From Octopus sinensis (Eukaryota): 64,000 nt of DNA. The DNA is taken from assembly GCF_006345805.1 (NCBI RefSeq), contig NC_043003.1, forward strand, positions 95,108,001 through 95,172,000, given 5' to 3'. The position numbers and the translations under genes were made by a program. The notes below the pieces were generated by a model. The model searched no databases, was not told where the DNA came from, and was given only the letters and a program-made list of their open reading frames with translations. Shown here one piece after another: positions 39,326-52,153 of this stretch; within the stretch, counting starts at the first letter, position 1; each line of letters begins with the position of its first letter.

Positions 39326-39806
39326 AATCTATAACACGATTGACTTCTTTCAGTTTCCATCTACCTAATCCACTCACAAGGCTTTGGTTGGCCTGAGGCT
39401 ATAGTAGAAGACACCCAAGGTGCCAGGACTGAACCCAGAACCACGTGGTTGGGAAGCAAATTTCTTATCATCACACAGCCATGCCCACATAAATATATAC
39501 TCACACATTTGTGATACACTTTCAGATTTCAAATAGAGGATCCACCTATAATAACAAGTGGTTATATTGACAGGAATGATATACACATATAATCATCCCT
39601 GAATGTTTGCTACCTAAACTGGTTAGGTTGTGTCTTGTAAATTGGGGAATATCTGTTGCTAGAAATAAAAGCTGGATCATCCATTCAGGTTATTGAATTT
39701 CATCTTACTCTATTTTATTTTTTATGAAACAATTCAGGAGTAGACAAATAAATTTGAAAAAAAAAAATGTATGAAAGTATCTGTAAATTTCAACTATATA
39801 TATATA

Positions 39807-40180
39807 CTAGCAGTATCGCCCGGCGTTGCTCAGGTTTGTAAGGGAAATAACTATAAAGCATTTTTAGAGAGTTATAGCCAAAAAATGGAAAAAAATGATG
39901 GTAAATTTTTTTTTGAGATTTAAAAAAGGTGGAGTTGCGTCCCCTAGACAGTTTGTGGTTCGTGTTTCTGATTCTCGACTCCATGTCGAATTTATCGATT
40001 TTTTTCAGAACTGGTGGAACTTTTCAAAATTTTCGCTGCGTTAGTTTTGAATTATGACATTGGGCTATGTGTGTGTCAAGTTTCATCAGAATCGGTTGAA
40101 AGCCGTGGTCAGGGTGAGGGTACAAGCAAACAGACACACAGAAACACGCACAGACAAACTGCCGTTTATATATAGAGAGA
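39807..40180 (-). mobile_element. Non-autonomous Helitron (same 3' end as 26768, different body)
   Basis: A|CTAGCAGTATCGCCCGGCGTTGCTC at the left; TATATATAGAGAGA|T at the right (5' TC on minus). Confidence 0.8.
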
Positions 40181-40554
40181 TGCTTTTTTTTTTTCAGTCA
40201 TAGAGTTAGATTTATGAAGGTCTTCAGTAGAAAATCCTTCGAATTCTGACTCGCTGCTTGATATAATGAAATTCGTATCCATTTTTTGTCAGAATTACAC
40301 ATTTTGAAAACACAATAGGAACAAATTTCGGAAAAAAATCTCCCATAATTCACGGAATTAAAATTACACTTCGATTTTTGTACAAAACTGTAGTTGAAGT
40401 GTTTACGAAGTATAATACGTGTTTTCACGAATGTATTAAAGAGATTTGCTCTGATATTCTCATTTAAATATGAATAGGTAAATTCGGGCGGCTTGGTAAC
40501 TATATATAAGTGTCGTCTGTTTATACATAAACACTGTTTCATACTGCAATTATA

Positions 40555-41927
40555 GGTACTTGTCTATTGTAGTGGTCGTGGTTTCGCACACGCGAATACG
40601 CGCGCGCGCGCGCCAGACCTAGGTGCTCGATACTCGAGATCCTATGAGGTGACTTGCGCATGCGCAGTGCAGAATTCGCGCATGCGCGTTAACCCCCCTC
40701 TGAAAAAAAAAGGATTTTTTTCGATACCTTTCTGCTTTTTAAAATATATATGTGTGTGTGTGTGTGTGTGTATATATAACATTTTCAATTTTACACAAAA
40801 AAATTACATAGTCGCTTTCCTCGCGGATTTACAGATAAATGAATTAATTACTATTTTACAGAATAAAATTAATGAATTAATTATATAAATTAAATAATTC
40901 TTGAAAATTAATTAATATTAATAATATTTTTTGAACAAAGTAAATAATTTATAAAACTTGGTTAATAATTTTTTTTACACAAACGCGAACGTATATAATT
41001 TGTGAAACTTTTTTTTTTTTACAGACGTATATAATTTGGTAAACTTAATGAATTAATTTCTTCTAATCATCATCATTGTTTAACGTCCGTTCTCCATGCC
41101 AGCATGGGTTGGACGGTTCGACCGGGGATCTGGGAAGCCAGAAGGCTGCACCAGACTCCAGTCTTATCTGGCAATGTTTCTACAGCTGGATGCCCTTCCT
41201 AACGCCAACCACTCCGAGAGTGTAGTGGGTGCTTTTTACATGCCACCCGCACAGGTGCCAGGCGAGGCTGGCAACGGCCACGGTCGGATTGGTGCCAGTT
41301 GAGGCGGCTCTGGCATCGGCCACGATTCGGATAGTGCTTTTTACGTACCACCAGTCCAGGGGTCCTGGCATCTGCCGAGTGCCACACTTGCCCCAACATG
41401 TCTTCGCAAGCAAAGGGGGTTGGCATGGGTGCCTGTCGTGGGATGAGGTTCCAAATTTACCAAATTATATACGTCTGTAAAAAAAAAAAAAGTTTCACAA
41501 ATTATATACGTTCGCGTTTGTGTAAAAAAAAGTTTTATAAATTATTTACTTTGTTCAAAAAATATTATTAATATTAATTAATTTTCAAGAATTATTTAAT
41601 TTATATAATTAATTCATTTATCTGTAAATCCGCGAGGAAAGCGACTATGTAATTTTTTTGTGTAAAATTGAAAATGTTATATATACACACACACACACAC
41701 ACACATATATATTTTTAGGGAAATCCAACACCTTTTTGTCTTAAAAAGCAGAAAGGTATCGAAAAAAATCCTTTTTTTTCAGGGGGGGGTTAACCTGCAT
41801 GCGCGAATTCTGCACTGCGCATGCGCAAGTCACCTCGCAGGATCTCGAGTATCGAGCACCTAAGTCTGGCGCGCGCGCGCGCGAATTCGCGTGTGCGAAA
41901 CCGTGACCACTACAATAGACAAGTACC
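40555..41927. mobile_element. Mutator-like foldback element, ~490-bp TIRs, 9-bp TSD
   Basis: GCAATTATA|GGTACTTGTCTATTGTAGTGGTC ... GACCACTACAATAGACAAGTACC|GCAATTATA; arms ~40555-41046 and ~41455-41927. Confidence 0.88.
41066..41447 (-). mobile_element. RTE-tail SINE/fragment nested in the foldback centre
   Basis: (CAT)n-GTTTAACGTCCG..CAGCTGGATGCCCTTCCTAACGCCAACC. Confidence 0.8.
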
Positions 41928-42464
41928 GCAATTATATATACATATATCTATATATAATATTATATAATAAAATATATACAGAGTAAAATAAAAACCAATT
42001 TACCTTTTCTGTCCGTCCGTGTGTCTTTGCAAATGTGTTGGAATGATAAGTGAGTTGAGTTTTGGCGCCTTTTTTACTAATAACAAACACACACGTGTTT
42101 GTATGTAGTTGTATGTGTATGTAGTTGTATGTAGTTGTATATGTATGTGTATGCGTGTGTGTGAGGAATGACACACACACACTCACGCACGCACACATGT
42201 ACATCAATGCTTTCGGAGTGATATGTTAAAATATTGAGTTTTCTCGAATTTTGCCTTAATTGGTGGTAAAATTGAAAGAAATGTTTTATGGCATCACCCA
42301 CTGAAGTACTCTGAAAAATCTTAGGTAAATTTTAATTGAAGAAATTGTGTGAGGAGTAAATGGTTATGTATTTATTTGTTTCTGTTTGCTGTGTTTTTTT
42401 TATTTTTTGAGTAGTGGTTTAAATACTTTCAGTTTAGTCTTCCTCAAATCACTCTGTCGCTATT

Positions 42465-42734
42465 TACTTTCATTTTATTCGTCGCACACTGTGTGTGTGC
42501 GTTTGCGTGTGGTGTAAACCAGACTAAGAAAAGCATTTGACACACACACCAGAATGTGAATTTTCTGTAAATTTTGCTTAATTGGAGTTTAAATTTTAAA
42601 AACTGGACCTGGCATGACGCGATGCATTCTACTCTTAAAAATGCTAGGTAAATTGTAATTGAAGAAATCCTATATTGTAGATTTCTATAACTCCCAAAGA
42701 GAGGCAGATAAAATCTGCCTTTTATAATAAGAGA
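42465..42734 (-). mobile_element. Helitron-like family B 5' portion; second copy at 44425-44694
   Basis: Near-identical ~270-bp direct repeat; minus-strand start TCTCTTATTATAAAAGGCAG. Confidence 0.6.
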
Positions 42735-43129
42735 CTAGCAGTATCGCCCGGCGTTGCTCGGGTTTGTAAGGGAAATAATTATATAAGCATTTTTAGAGAT
42801 GTAAAGTATAATAGCCATCTCAATATGGCTAACCACAAAGGGGGAGGGGTGTTACTGTAGCTTTTTACGTTCTGAGATTTAATAATAAATTTTAGAGAGT
42901 TACTTCCCTTATATATGTCAAAAATGGATGAAAAATGGGAAAAATTGATGGTAAATTTTTTTAAAAATCGTAGACTCATCGTAGACGCGCGCTAATACCC
43001 AGACGGTCTCGATATGAATCACGACTATAAGATACCCGGTTTTGGTTAAACTGCACCGCAAAATGTGGGAGTAGTTAGGAATCTAAATCGTAGGAGACAG
43101 ACACACAACCTCACTTTTATATATAAAGA
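42735..43129 (-). mobile_element. Non-autonomous Helitron with ~100-bp extra insert
   Basis: Reverse complement of the 26768-27071 family; extra segment ~42800-42898. Confidence 0.85.
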
Positions 43130-43228
43130 TTTCCTCTATTTACATAATATTGAGGTCTCTTTCTTTCTTTTGTTATCTTACTGTTTTTACCAATATACAT
43201 ATATATATATATATAAATATATATATAG

Positions 43229-43551
43229 TTACAGAGATGTACTTGCATAGCAAGTGACTTGATCTGAGATCGTGTGCTGGAACGAAAACAGTTGCAGCGT
43301 TGAAGGTGTTTATAAGCCATTTAAGAAACACACACAAAAACCGTTAGATTCACTTCAACATTTAAATTTAATTTGTCAAAATATTTTCGTCGCTTTGAGA
43401 CCGCGACCTGTTAGCACGATATTTTTGTCAGTGAACAGGTCGCGGTCTCAAAGCGACGAAAATATTTTGGCAAATTAAATTAAATGTTGAAGTGAATGTA
43501 ACGGTTTTTGTGTGTTTCTTAAATGGCTTACAAACACCTTCCACGCTGCAA
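43229..43551. mobile_element. PLE pLTR-like element with ~120-bp inverted arms in (TA)n
   Basis: 43292-43412 is inverted at 43434-43551. Confidence 0.7.
43424..43474 (+). ncRNA. Hammerhead-like motif with swapped G3-C8 core pair
   Basis: TTTGTCA-GTGAACA-G-GTCGC-GGTCTCAAA-GCGAC-GAAA-ATAT-TT^TGGCAAA. Confidence 0.55.
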
Positions 43552-43914
43552 TATATATATACACACATATATATATATGTATGTATGTATGTATGTGTGT
43601 ATATGTGTATGCATGTATGTGTGTGTGTGCGTGTCTGTGCTTGTGATTGTCCTCCACCACTGCTTGATAACGAATGTTGGTTTGTTTACATCCCTGTCAC
43701 CTAGTGGTTTGACAAAGGAAACAGATAGAATAAGTACAATGCTTACAAAAATAAAACTGGAGTTGATTCATTAAACTACAATTCTTCAAGGCATTGCCCC
43801 AGCATGGCCACAGACCAATGGCTGGAAAAAGCAGAAGAATAAAAGAATACATTCTCTGCTTTGGTCTTATGTTCAAGGCATGAGAAAGCTTGAGTTTACA
43901 TGAGAAGGCTTAAC

Positions 43915-44180
43915 AGACCTGGTAGAAACAGCAGCCAAATCTCCCTCAAATCACACCTTACTGTCTTATGTATGTATATATATATGAGCCAATGAGGGGG
44001 ACCTCTACATGGTAGCTAGACCTGGTAGAAATAGCAGCCAAATTTCCCCCAAATCACACCTTACTGTCTTATCTATGTATATATGTATGTATGAGCCTAT
44101 GAGGGAGACCCCTACATGGCAGCTAGACATGGTAGAAATAGCAGCCAAATCTCCCTCAAATCACACCTTACTGTCTTATC
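43915..44180. repeat. ~105-bp tandem repeat x2.5
   Basis: GGTAGAAA[C/T]AGCAGCCAAAT..CAAATCACACCTTACTGTCTTAT three times. Confidence 0.85.
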
Positions 44181-44693
44181 TTTCTGCTACTTGGATATAG
44201 GTCTTATATTCGTCGTAAAAAACTTTCCTGTCACACACTCACGCACACGCACACACACACACACACACGCACCCTCACACACACACACACGCGCACACAC
44301 ACACACACACACACTCACACACACGCACGTTAGCTTACAATTTTATTTATATATTTGCGTGTCTATGTGTGGAAAGAGGAAGTGGGAGGCAGAGTGAAAG
44401 AATCACTCACTACAGTAAGTGAATTACTTTCATTTTATTCGTTGCCCACTGTGTTTGTGCGTTTGCGTGTGGTGTAAACCAGACTAAGAAAAGCATTTGA
44501 CACACACACCAGAATGTGAGTTTTCTGTAAATTTTGCTTAATTGGAGTTTAAATTTTAAAAACTGGACCTGGCATGACGCGATGCATTCTACTCTTAAAA
44601 ATGCTAGGTAAATTGTAATTGAAGAAATCCTATATTGTAGATTTGTATAACTCCCAAAGGGAGGCAGATAAAATCTGCCTTTTATAATAAGAG

Positions 44694-44738
<45 letters not shown>

Positions 44739-44744
44739 TATATA

Positions 44745-45094
44745 CTAGCACTATGACCCAGCAACGCCGGGTCATAGTGCTAGTGCATGCATATACTGCT
44801 GTGTGTGTGCACACATACACACGAGTACTGTCCAAATCTCCGACCAATCTCTGGCATTCAATTGGCGTATCAAGTTATGGGCATTTTAATTGGATTTTGG
44901 ATAGAAAATTCACAAAAAGTCACTTCTATTGATTTTTTAATGGCTTTGCGGGGTGACTGGGGAAATGTAAAGATGTGCATGACCACCCTTGGACAGTTTT
45001 GAATGATCATAGAAAGTGTGAGCCCTCTAACTGAAAAATTGTGGATTTGCATAAAGGACACGCACACAGACATTTTGCCATTTATATATATAGA
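44745..45094 (-). mobile_element. Helitron-like element with extended terminal palindrome
   Basis: CTAGCACTATGACCC-AGCAACGCC-GGGTCATAGTGCTAG at 44745-44783; TATATATATAGA at the right end. Confidence 0.6.
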
Positions 45095-45313
45095 GCTATA
45101 CACATATAAAGTTATATATTGTGTATATATACAGAAAACTTTCTCTCTCTCTCTCCCTATATACATATATGTATGTATGTATAACTAGAGAGAGAGAAGA
45201 TGAGTATGTGTCATATATGCGTACATGCATGCACACACACACACGAACACACCTATACACATGCACACACATGTACACACATATCTACACACATGCACGC
45301 ACAGACACACTCA

Positions 45314-45352
<39 letters not shown>

Positions 45353-45892
45353 TTCAATGACATAAGGTCAATTATCTGAATGATTTTATTCATTCAGCGT
45401 AATCAAAAATTCAAATTCTATAAATGCTTTACCAAACCAAATTCAAACTAAATTCAATGGACTGGAATATTTCTTTATATTTGTGTTTGTTCCTTTTGCC
45501 ATTAGTTCATAGTTTGAAATATCAATACCTGGTGAGTAATTTGAAAGACCAATTACCATAAACATTCAAATATCAACTAACGAACCAGTTAATGTGTCTT
45601 CTGTATGGTGTAAATATTACATATGCTATTAAATATAAATTGTTACCTTCAAAACCTTTTGTTTAACACTAACACTTGAAATAGCATACTGTATCTGTGC
45701 ATTGTTATTGTTGCTTTTGTTTTTGTTCCATCTGTTGCTGTTATTTTGCTGTGGTTCAAAGAGAGAGAGAGATTATCTATAACACACACATATATATATG
45801 TATGAATGTATGCATGTATGAATACACAGAAAGAGAGATATACAAATGTTATAAATATTTATATGTATATATGTATTTATATATATATATAT

Positions 45893-46126
45893 TTATTTCT
45901 TTATTGCCCACAAGAGGCTAAACATAGAGGGGACAAACAAGGACATACAAAGAGATTAAGTCAATTACATCGACCCCAGTGCGAAACTGGTACTTTATTT
46001 ATCGACCCCGAAAGGATGAAAAGCAAAGTCGACCTCGGCGGAATTTGAACTCAGAACGTAACGACAGACGAAATACTGCAAAGCATTTCGCCCGGCACGC
46101 TAATGAGTCTGCCAGCTCGCCGCCTT
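45893..46126 (-). mobile_element. SINE family B
   Basis: Full-length match to 18145-18378. Confidence 0.85.
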
Positions 46127-46151
46127 CAGTATTTATATATATATAGATATA

Positions 46152-46566
46152 GGCACAGAAGTAGCTGTGTGGTAAGTAGCTTGCTTACCAACCAGATGGT
46201 TCTGGGTTCAGTCCCACTGCATGGCACCTTGGGCAAGTGTCTTTTACTATAGCCTCGGGCTGACCAAAGCATTGTGAGTGGATTTGGTAGACAGAAACTG
46301 AAAGGAGCCCATCGTATATGTGTGTGTGTGTGCGTGTGAATGCGTGTGTGTGTGTGTGTGTTTGTGTTTTTGTCCCCCCCAACATCACTTGACAACCGAT
46401 GCTGGTGTGTTTACGACTCCGTAACTTAGTGATTCAGCAAAAGAGATCTGATAGAATAAGTACTAGGTTTACAAAGAATAAGTCATGGGGTCGATTTACT
46501 CGACTAAAGGCAGTGCTCCAGCATGGCCACAGTCAAATGACTGAAACAAGTAAAAGAGTAAAAGAG
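46152..46566 (+). mobile_element. SINE family A
   Basis: Match to 27606-28023. Confidence 0.85.
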
Positions 46567-46713
46567 TATATTAATTATTTATTTATTCTTATATCTATAA
46601 AAATCCATAATTTATAGACATTAAGAAATAAATAAAATATCTGACACATGTTTCTGCTGAGACTTACTTTATATCTACCTGGACTTATCTCCTAACTCTG
46701 ATAATTATATATA

Positions 46714-46747
<34 letters not shown>

Positions 46748-47018
46748 TGGTAAAAACGGTAAGATAACAAAAGAAAGAAAGAGACCTCAATATTATGTAA
46801 ATAGAGGAAATTTATCTATAAAATAATATGTTACAATTATTCAATAGTCAAGATAAAAGTCTGAGTTTCAGATGCCGAAGTGGAAAACCACAACACCATC
46901 TCTTCGGTTATCTGGCCAGATAACCGAAGAGATGGTGTTGTGGTTTTCCACTTCGGCATCTGAAACTCAGAGTTTTATCTTGACTATTGAATAATTGTAA
47001 CATATTATTTTATAGATA
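46748..47018. mobile_element. PLE pLTR-like element forming a 206-bp near-perfect palindrome (46813-47018)
   Basis: Centre TGG|CCA at 46915/46916 with one mismatch seen; 46748-46811 matches the reverse complement of 43130-43192; (TA)n flanks. Confidence 0.8.
46919..46979 (+). ncRNA. Hammerhead-like motif, U4C variant (mirror copy on minus 46852-46912)
   Basis: GATAA-CCGAAGA-GATG..GTGGTTTTCCAC..CATC-T-GAAA-CTC-A-GAG-TT^TTATC. Confidence 0.55.
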
Positions 47019-47410
47019 TATATATATAATATTGACCTTCAGACAGTTTTGAAATAGCCAACACCATAGAGTCTCAATTTCGTTGTTTGTAAATGATCTT
47101 TATAGATATTCAAAATCAATTGTGCAGTGATGTAGGTTTGACAATAAAAGTCTAGCATTAATTAGTTTTTACATCAAAGTTATTTTAGAGAGTGACTAAA
47201 TATAAATATTCTTGTTCAGGTGTACTTCAAGCAACTGAAGTTTATGATACTAAGAAATCAATATTGGCAAACATCTGGTGGTATATAGTCACATACTTTC
47301 ATGTTCTGGGTCCAAATCTTACCAGAGTTGACTTAACCTTTTATCCTTGTATGGTTGACAAAAATAAGTAGTAGTAAGATACTGGTGTTGCTTTGATTCA
47401 TTTTTTTTTT

Positions 47411-47805
47411 ACCTGTTTCAGTCATTTGACTGCAGCCATGCTGGAGCACCGCCTTTAGTCGAGCAAATCGACTACGGGACTTATTCTTTGTAAGCCCAGT
47501 ACTTATTCTGTCAGTCTCTTTTGCCGAACCGCTAAGTGACGGGGACGTAAACACACCAGCATCAGTTGTCAAGCGATGTTGGGGGGACAAACAGGGATAC
47601 ACAAACATATACACACACATACATATATATATGTACATATATACGACAGGCTTCTTTCAGTTTCCGTCTACCAAATCCACTCACAAGGCATTGGTCGGCC
47701 CGAGGCTATAGTAGAAGACACTTGCCCAAGATGTTACGCAGTGGGACTGAACCTGGAACCATGTGGTTGGTTAGCAAGCTACTTACCACACAGCCACTCC
47801 TGTGC
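47411..47805 (-). mobile_element. SINE family A
   Basis: Reverse complement match to 27606-28023. Confidence 0.88.
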
Positions 47806-48361
47806 CAAATTGTTTGTTTTTTTTTCTACAATGTACATGGTTGAGTTACATTGAATTATTTGTAAGAATTTGAAAGGTTTTTCTTTAGTTTTAGAGCAAA
47901 AAGAAAAAAAAGGATTTACTGGAGACCTGGGTTATGCATCAGGAACAACAATCCACCAATGAGAAATTTGGTGTAAATTGTGTTGTTGCACTTAACGTAA
48001 GCAAATTCAACTGAATCCTGAACCTGGGAAAGAAAGGGGCTTCAAAGGACTTGGAGTAAAATGGTGAAGACTGATGTGAAAATGGTTGAATACCAGAAAG
48101 GAGACAATAAAGAAACAATATTAATTTGTAATACACAGTGTGGGAGAAGACTAATTCACTTACGTAGGATTTGGCAAAACAAATATCAAACCTGATCTTG
48201 ATGGAGGATGGGAGACATAACTTACATACAGATACATACATATTATGTCTGTACGTGTGTGAGTGTGTGTGTGTGTGTGTGTATGTGTGTGTACATATAC
48301 ATAATATATGTAAATATATATATATATGTGTGTGTATATATATACATGCATACATTATATA

Positions 48362-48407
<46 letters not shown>

Positions 48408-48899
48408 TATGTATATATATATATATACATACATACATATATATATATATATATGATTAATATATTTGTTGGTTATGGTCAGTCAGGGAGTTACCATTGG
48501 TTTCACACCTATAAAGTTCTTCTGGCCAACAAGTCTGACAAGTCACCTGTACCACTAAGAACTTTATAGCTGCAAAACCAATGGTTACTCCCTGATTGGT
48601 TATAACCAGCAACTATATTAATTATTACTACTTTATACTTTTAGAGTGAGCTTCTTTTCAGACTTATGGACTTCCAACCTATCATCATCACCAGCATCAT
48701 CATCATCATCATCATGGGTTGGATGGTTTGTCAGGAACCAGCCAGGCAGGAGCCAGACTTCTGTATCTGTTTTGGCAGAGGTTTTACAGCTGGATGCCCT
48801 TCTTAACACCAACCACCCAGCAGAGTGGACTGTGTGCGCGCGTGCACGTGCATGTGTGCGTGTGTGAGAGAGTTGGGCACTGTCTGTGAGAAAAACAGC

Positions 48900-49545
48900 A
48901 CCATGATGCAATTCACTCGGCCAAAAATTTGGAATTGACTTGCTGTACTGCAGGGCATTCAGGCCAGAAGCTCCAATATGAACATTTCAGAGTGTTTGGG
49001 TGTCAATCTGAGGACAGTGCAATCTGAGGACATGTGCCGAGAGTTATAAAAATCAAATATCCAGTCAACATCATGGTGTTTGGAGTGATTACTCCTGATG
49101 GTGACATTATGCCTCCGTTCATCTTCCCACATGGCCTCGCACTCAACACGGAGGCCTACATCAAGAGCCTAGAGGAGGTAGTGCTGCCCTGGGTCAAGAG
49201 GGTGGCTGCTGGAAGACTCTATGTCTGGTAACAGGACTCTGTACCATGCCATACATGCAGGAGAACCCATTCATGGTTGTCAGACAATTTCTGTGACCAC
49301 ATCACCCCTAACATCTGGCCACCTAACTCCTCAGACTGCGACCCCCTTGATTATTATGTGTGGGGTGCAGCTGAGCTCGAGACCTACAAAACCCTTTATA
49401 ACACCAAAGATGAACTGGAAACAAGGATTATGGCAGCATTCATCAACTTAAAGAAATAGATCATCCAGAAGAGTTGCAGGAGATTGCGAAGTCATTTGGA
49501 GGCTGTAGTTGAAGCCAATGGCGATTTTATTCAATAAATTTACTC
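48900..49545 (+). mobile_element. Tc1/mariner (maT/DD37D-like) transposase relic
   Basis: NIMVFGVITPDGDIMPPFIF..VW*QDSVPCH..IWPPNSSDCDPLDYYVWG; the third catalytic residue is D. Confidence 0.82.
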
Positions 49546-49671
49546 TTTAGTATTTCAAGGTGCTCCAGCATGGCCACAGCTCTAAGTTGAAACTACGAAA
49601 AAAATATCTGTTAAAATGAGATGTCCGTGTTATTTTCATTTTTGCATAATTTAGACGACATCACACCCTCT

Positions 49672-49707
<36 letters not shown>

Positions 49708-49716
<9 letters not shown>

Positions 49717-50052
49717 GTAATGAGGTACTCAGAAAATTGGATGGTTTATATTTACAGATATTTATTTGTATATTACATTTTTTATACATCATATAACTTA
49801 GATCATGTATTAGCACTTTCTTACATTCTAGTGGGGTTTTCAAATCAAACTAACTTCTTGTGTGAAAAGTTTTGACCATTTTATAGTGGTATTGAGTTTG
49901 TAGTGGTGAAAGCACTAATACATGATCTAAGTTATATGATGTATAAAAAATGTAATATACAAATAAATATCTGTAAATATAAACCATCCGATTTTCTGAG
50001 TACCTCATTTCTTCTAATATAAAATACCTGTACATCATCTCCAAACCTTCCA
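49708..50052. mobile_element. PLE pLTR-like element with ~110-bp inverted arms in (TA)n
   Basis: 49708-49820 is inverted at 49908-50020. Confidence 0.65.
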
Positions 50053-50145
<93 letters not shown>

Positions 50146-50636
50146 CAGAGAGAGAGAGAGAGAGAGGTGACAGTGGTGGTGGTGGTGGTGGTGGTGGCAG
50201 TACTGGTGATGGTAGCAGTGTCATTGGCAGTGGTGGTGGTATTGATGATGATAATGATGGTGGTGGTGGTGGTGGTGGTCAGTGATGATTAAAATGGAAA
50301 AGAAACCTTACATGCAGTAGAGGCTATGATTTTACTAAGGCTGAGAGTTGTTGAAGATGTTGCTTATACTAAATTTAAACGTACAATGTACCATGAGCAT
50401 TACGGTTCAGTTGGACACTTCTTTCAAAAACCTTGGGTTTAATAGATAAAGGGCAAAAGAAAAAAACAAAGATTCTTTCCAGGATGAAGGAGGAATAGTA
50501 TTACTGAAGACAGAATATGGATGTGATGGCTGACTGCTGCTGACATTTTAGAAGAGGTTGTGTCGATAAACATTCATTCTTTCTATTGAAACAAAGAGAA
50601 ATTTTCTCATAAGATAATCTATATGAGATAATCTAG

Positions 50637-51077
50637 GTGGCTGTGTGGTAAGAAGGTAAGGAGGTACTTCTCAACCACATGGCTCTCACTACATGGCACT
50701 TTAAGCAGGTGTCTTCTTCTAAAGCCTTGGGCTGATCAAATCCTTGTAAGTGGATTTGGTAGATAGAAATAGAAAAACACCTGTTGTATATGTGTGGTGC
50801 ATGTGTGTGTGTGTGTGCGCGTATGAGTGTGTCTTTGTGTATATGTTTGTCTCCCACCATCAACACCACCACCACTTGACAATCGATGTTGATGTGTTTA
50901 CACATCACCTGTAACTTAGTGCTTTGCGAAAAGAGACCCATAAAATAAGTACTAGGCTTAGCAAAAAAAAATAAATATTGGGGTTGATTCATTTGACCAA
51001 AATTCTTCAAGGTGGTGCCCCAGTATGGCCATAATCTAATGACTGAAACGAGAAAACAAAACAGAAAAAGATAAAAA
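50637..51077 (+). mobile_element. SINE family A, diverged
   Basis: Colinear similarity with 27606-28023. Confidence 0.7.
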
Positions 51078-51691
51078 GATTTCGATTTATTGATTTTCAC
51101 TAGGTTGATCAAGACGTGTTTTGCTGGTATTATAATATCATAAAGTTTTCTTATTACAGTAATTAGCTTTATCTTATTATATTTTGAGTTCAAGAACCTG
51201 CATAATGAGTTAGTTTATACCTTCAATTCCATTTTTCCTATAAGACAAACACCAGAAATATACTGTAGCTCATTTTATTTCACTATACCTTCTATTCTAT
51301 AAAATTCAATTCTTGGCAAAATAAGAAAATGTGAGCATAATAAATATAAAAATATAATTATTGAATTTTGTAAAGTAATTTCTTTTGAGAATCACCTTAA
51401 CTTTATATTTAATCAGTATTCCAAAAATAGATTATAAAACAATCTGATTTATGAAAATTAGCAGAAAAATCATTTTAAGATGAAAGGCAGTGTTTATCTG
51501 ATCAGATATTTATAATCTTCAATGGATGCGAAGTGCAGATGCTAATATCATGTATAGGGAAGGTCATAGATATTTATATATGCATACATATAAATGCATG
51601 TGCTTTTACACATTTACATACTTACACATACCTACACACATTACATATTTTTACAAACACATATACATGCACAAACAGATATGTAAATGCT

Positions 51692-51950
<259 letters not shown>

Positions 51951-52153
51951 AAGGTGGCGAGCTGGCAGAGACGTTAGCACGCCAAGCGAAATGCGTAGCC
52001 GTATTTCGTCTGCCGCTATGTTGTGAGTTCAAATTCCGCCGAGGTCGACTTTACCTTTCATCCTTTCGGGGTCAATTAAATAAGTACCAGTTACGACTTA
52101 ATCCGTTTGTTTGTCCTCTCTGTGTTTAGCCCCTTGTGGGTAGTAAAGAAATA
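51951..52153 (+). mobile_element. SINE family B (small internal deletion)
   Basis: Match to 62503-62736. Confidence 0.85.

Noticed and set aside
47900-48230. 138-aa minus ORF
   Set aside because: Half microsatellite; the remainder looks like a very old LINE RT relic on the plus strand, too decayed to classify
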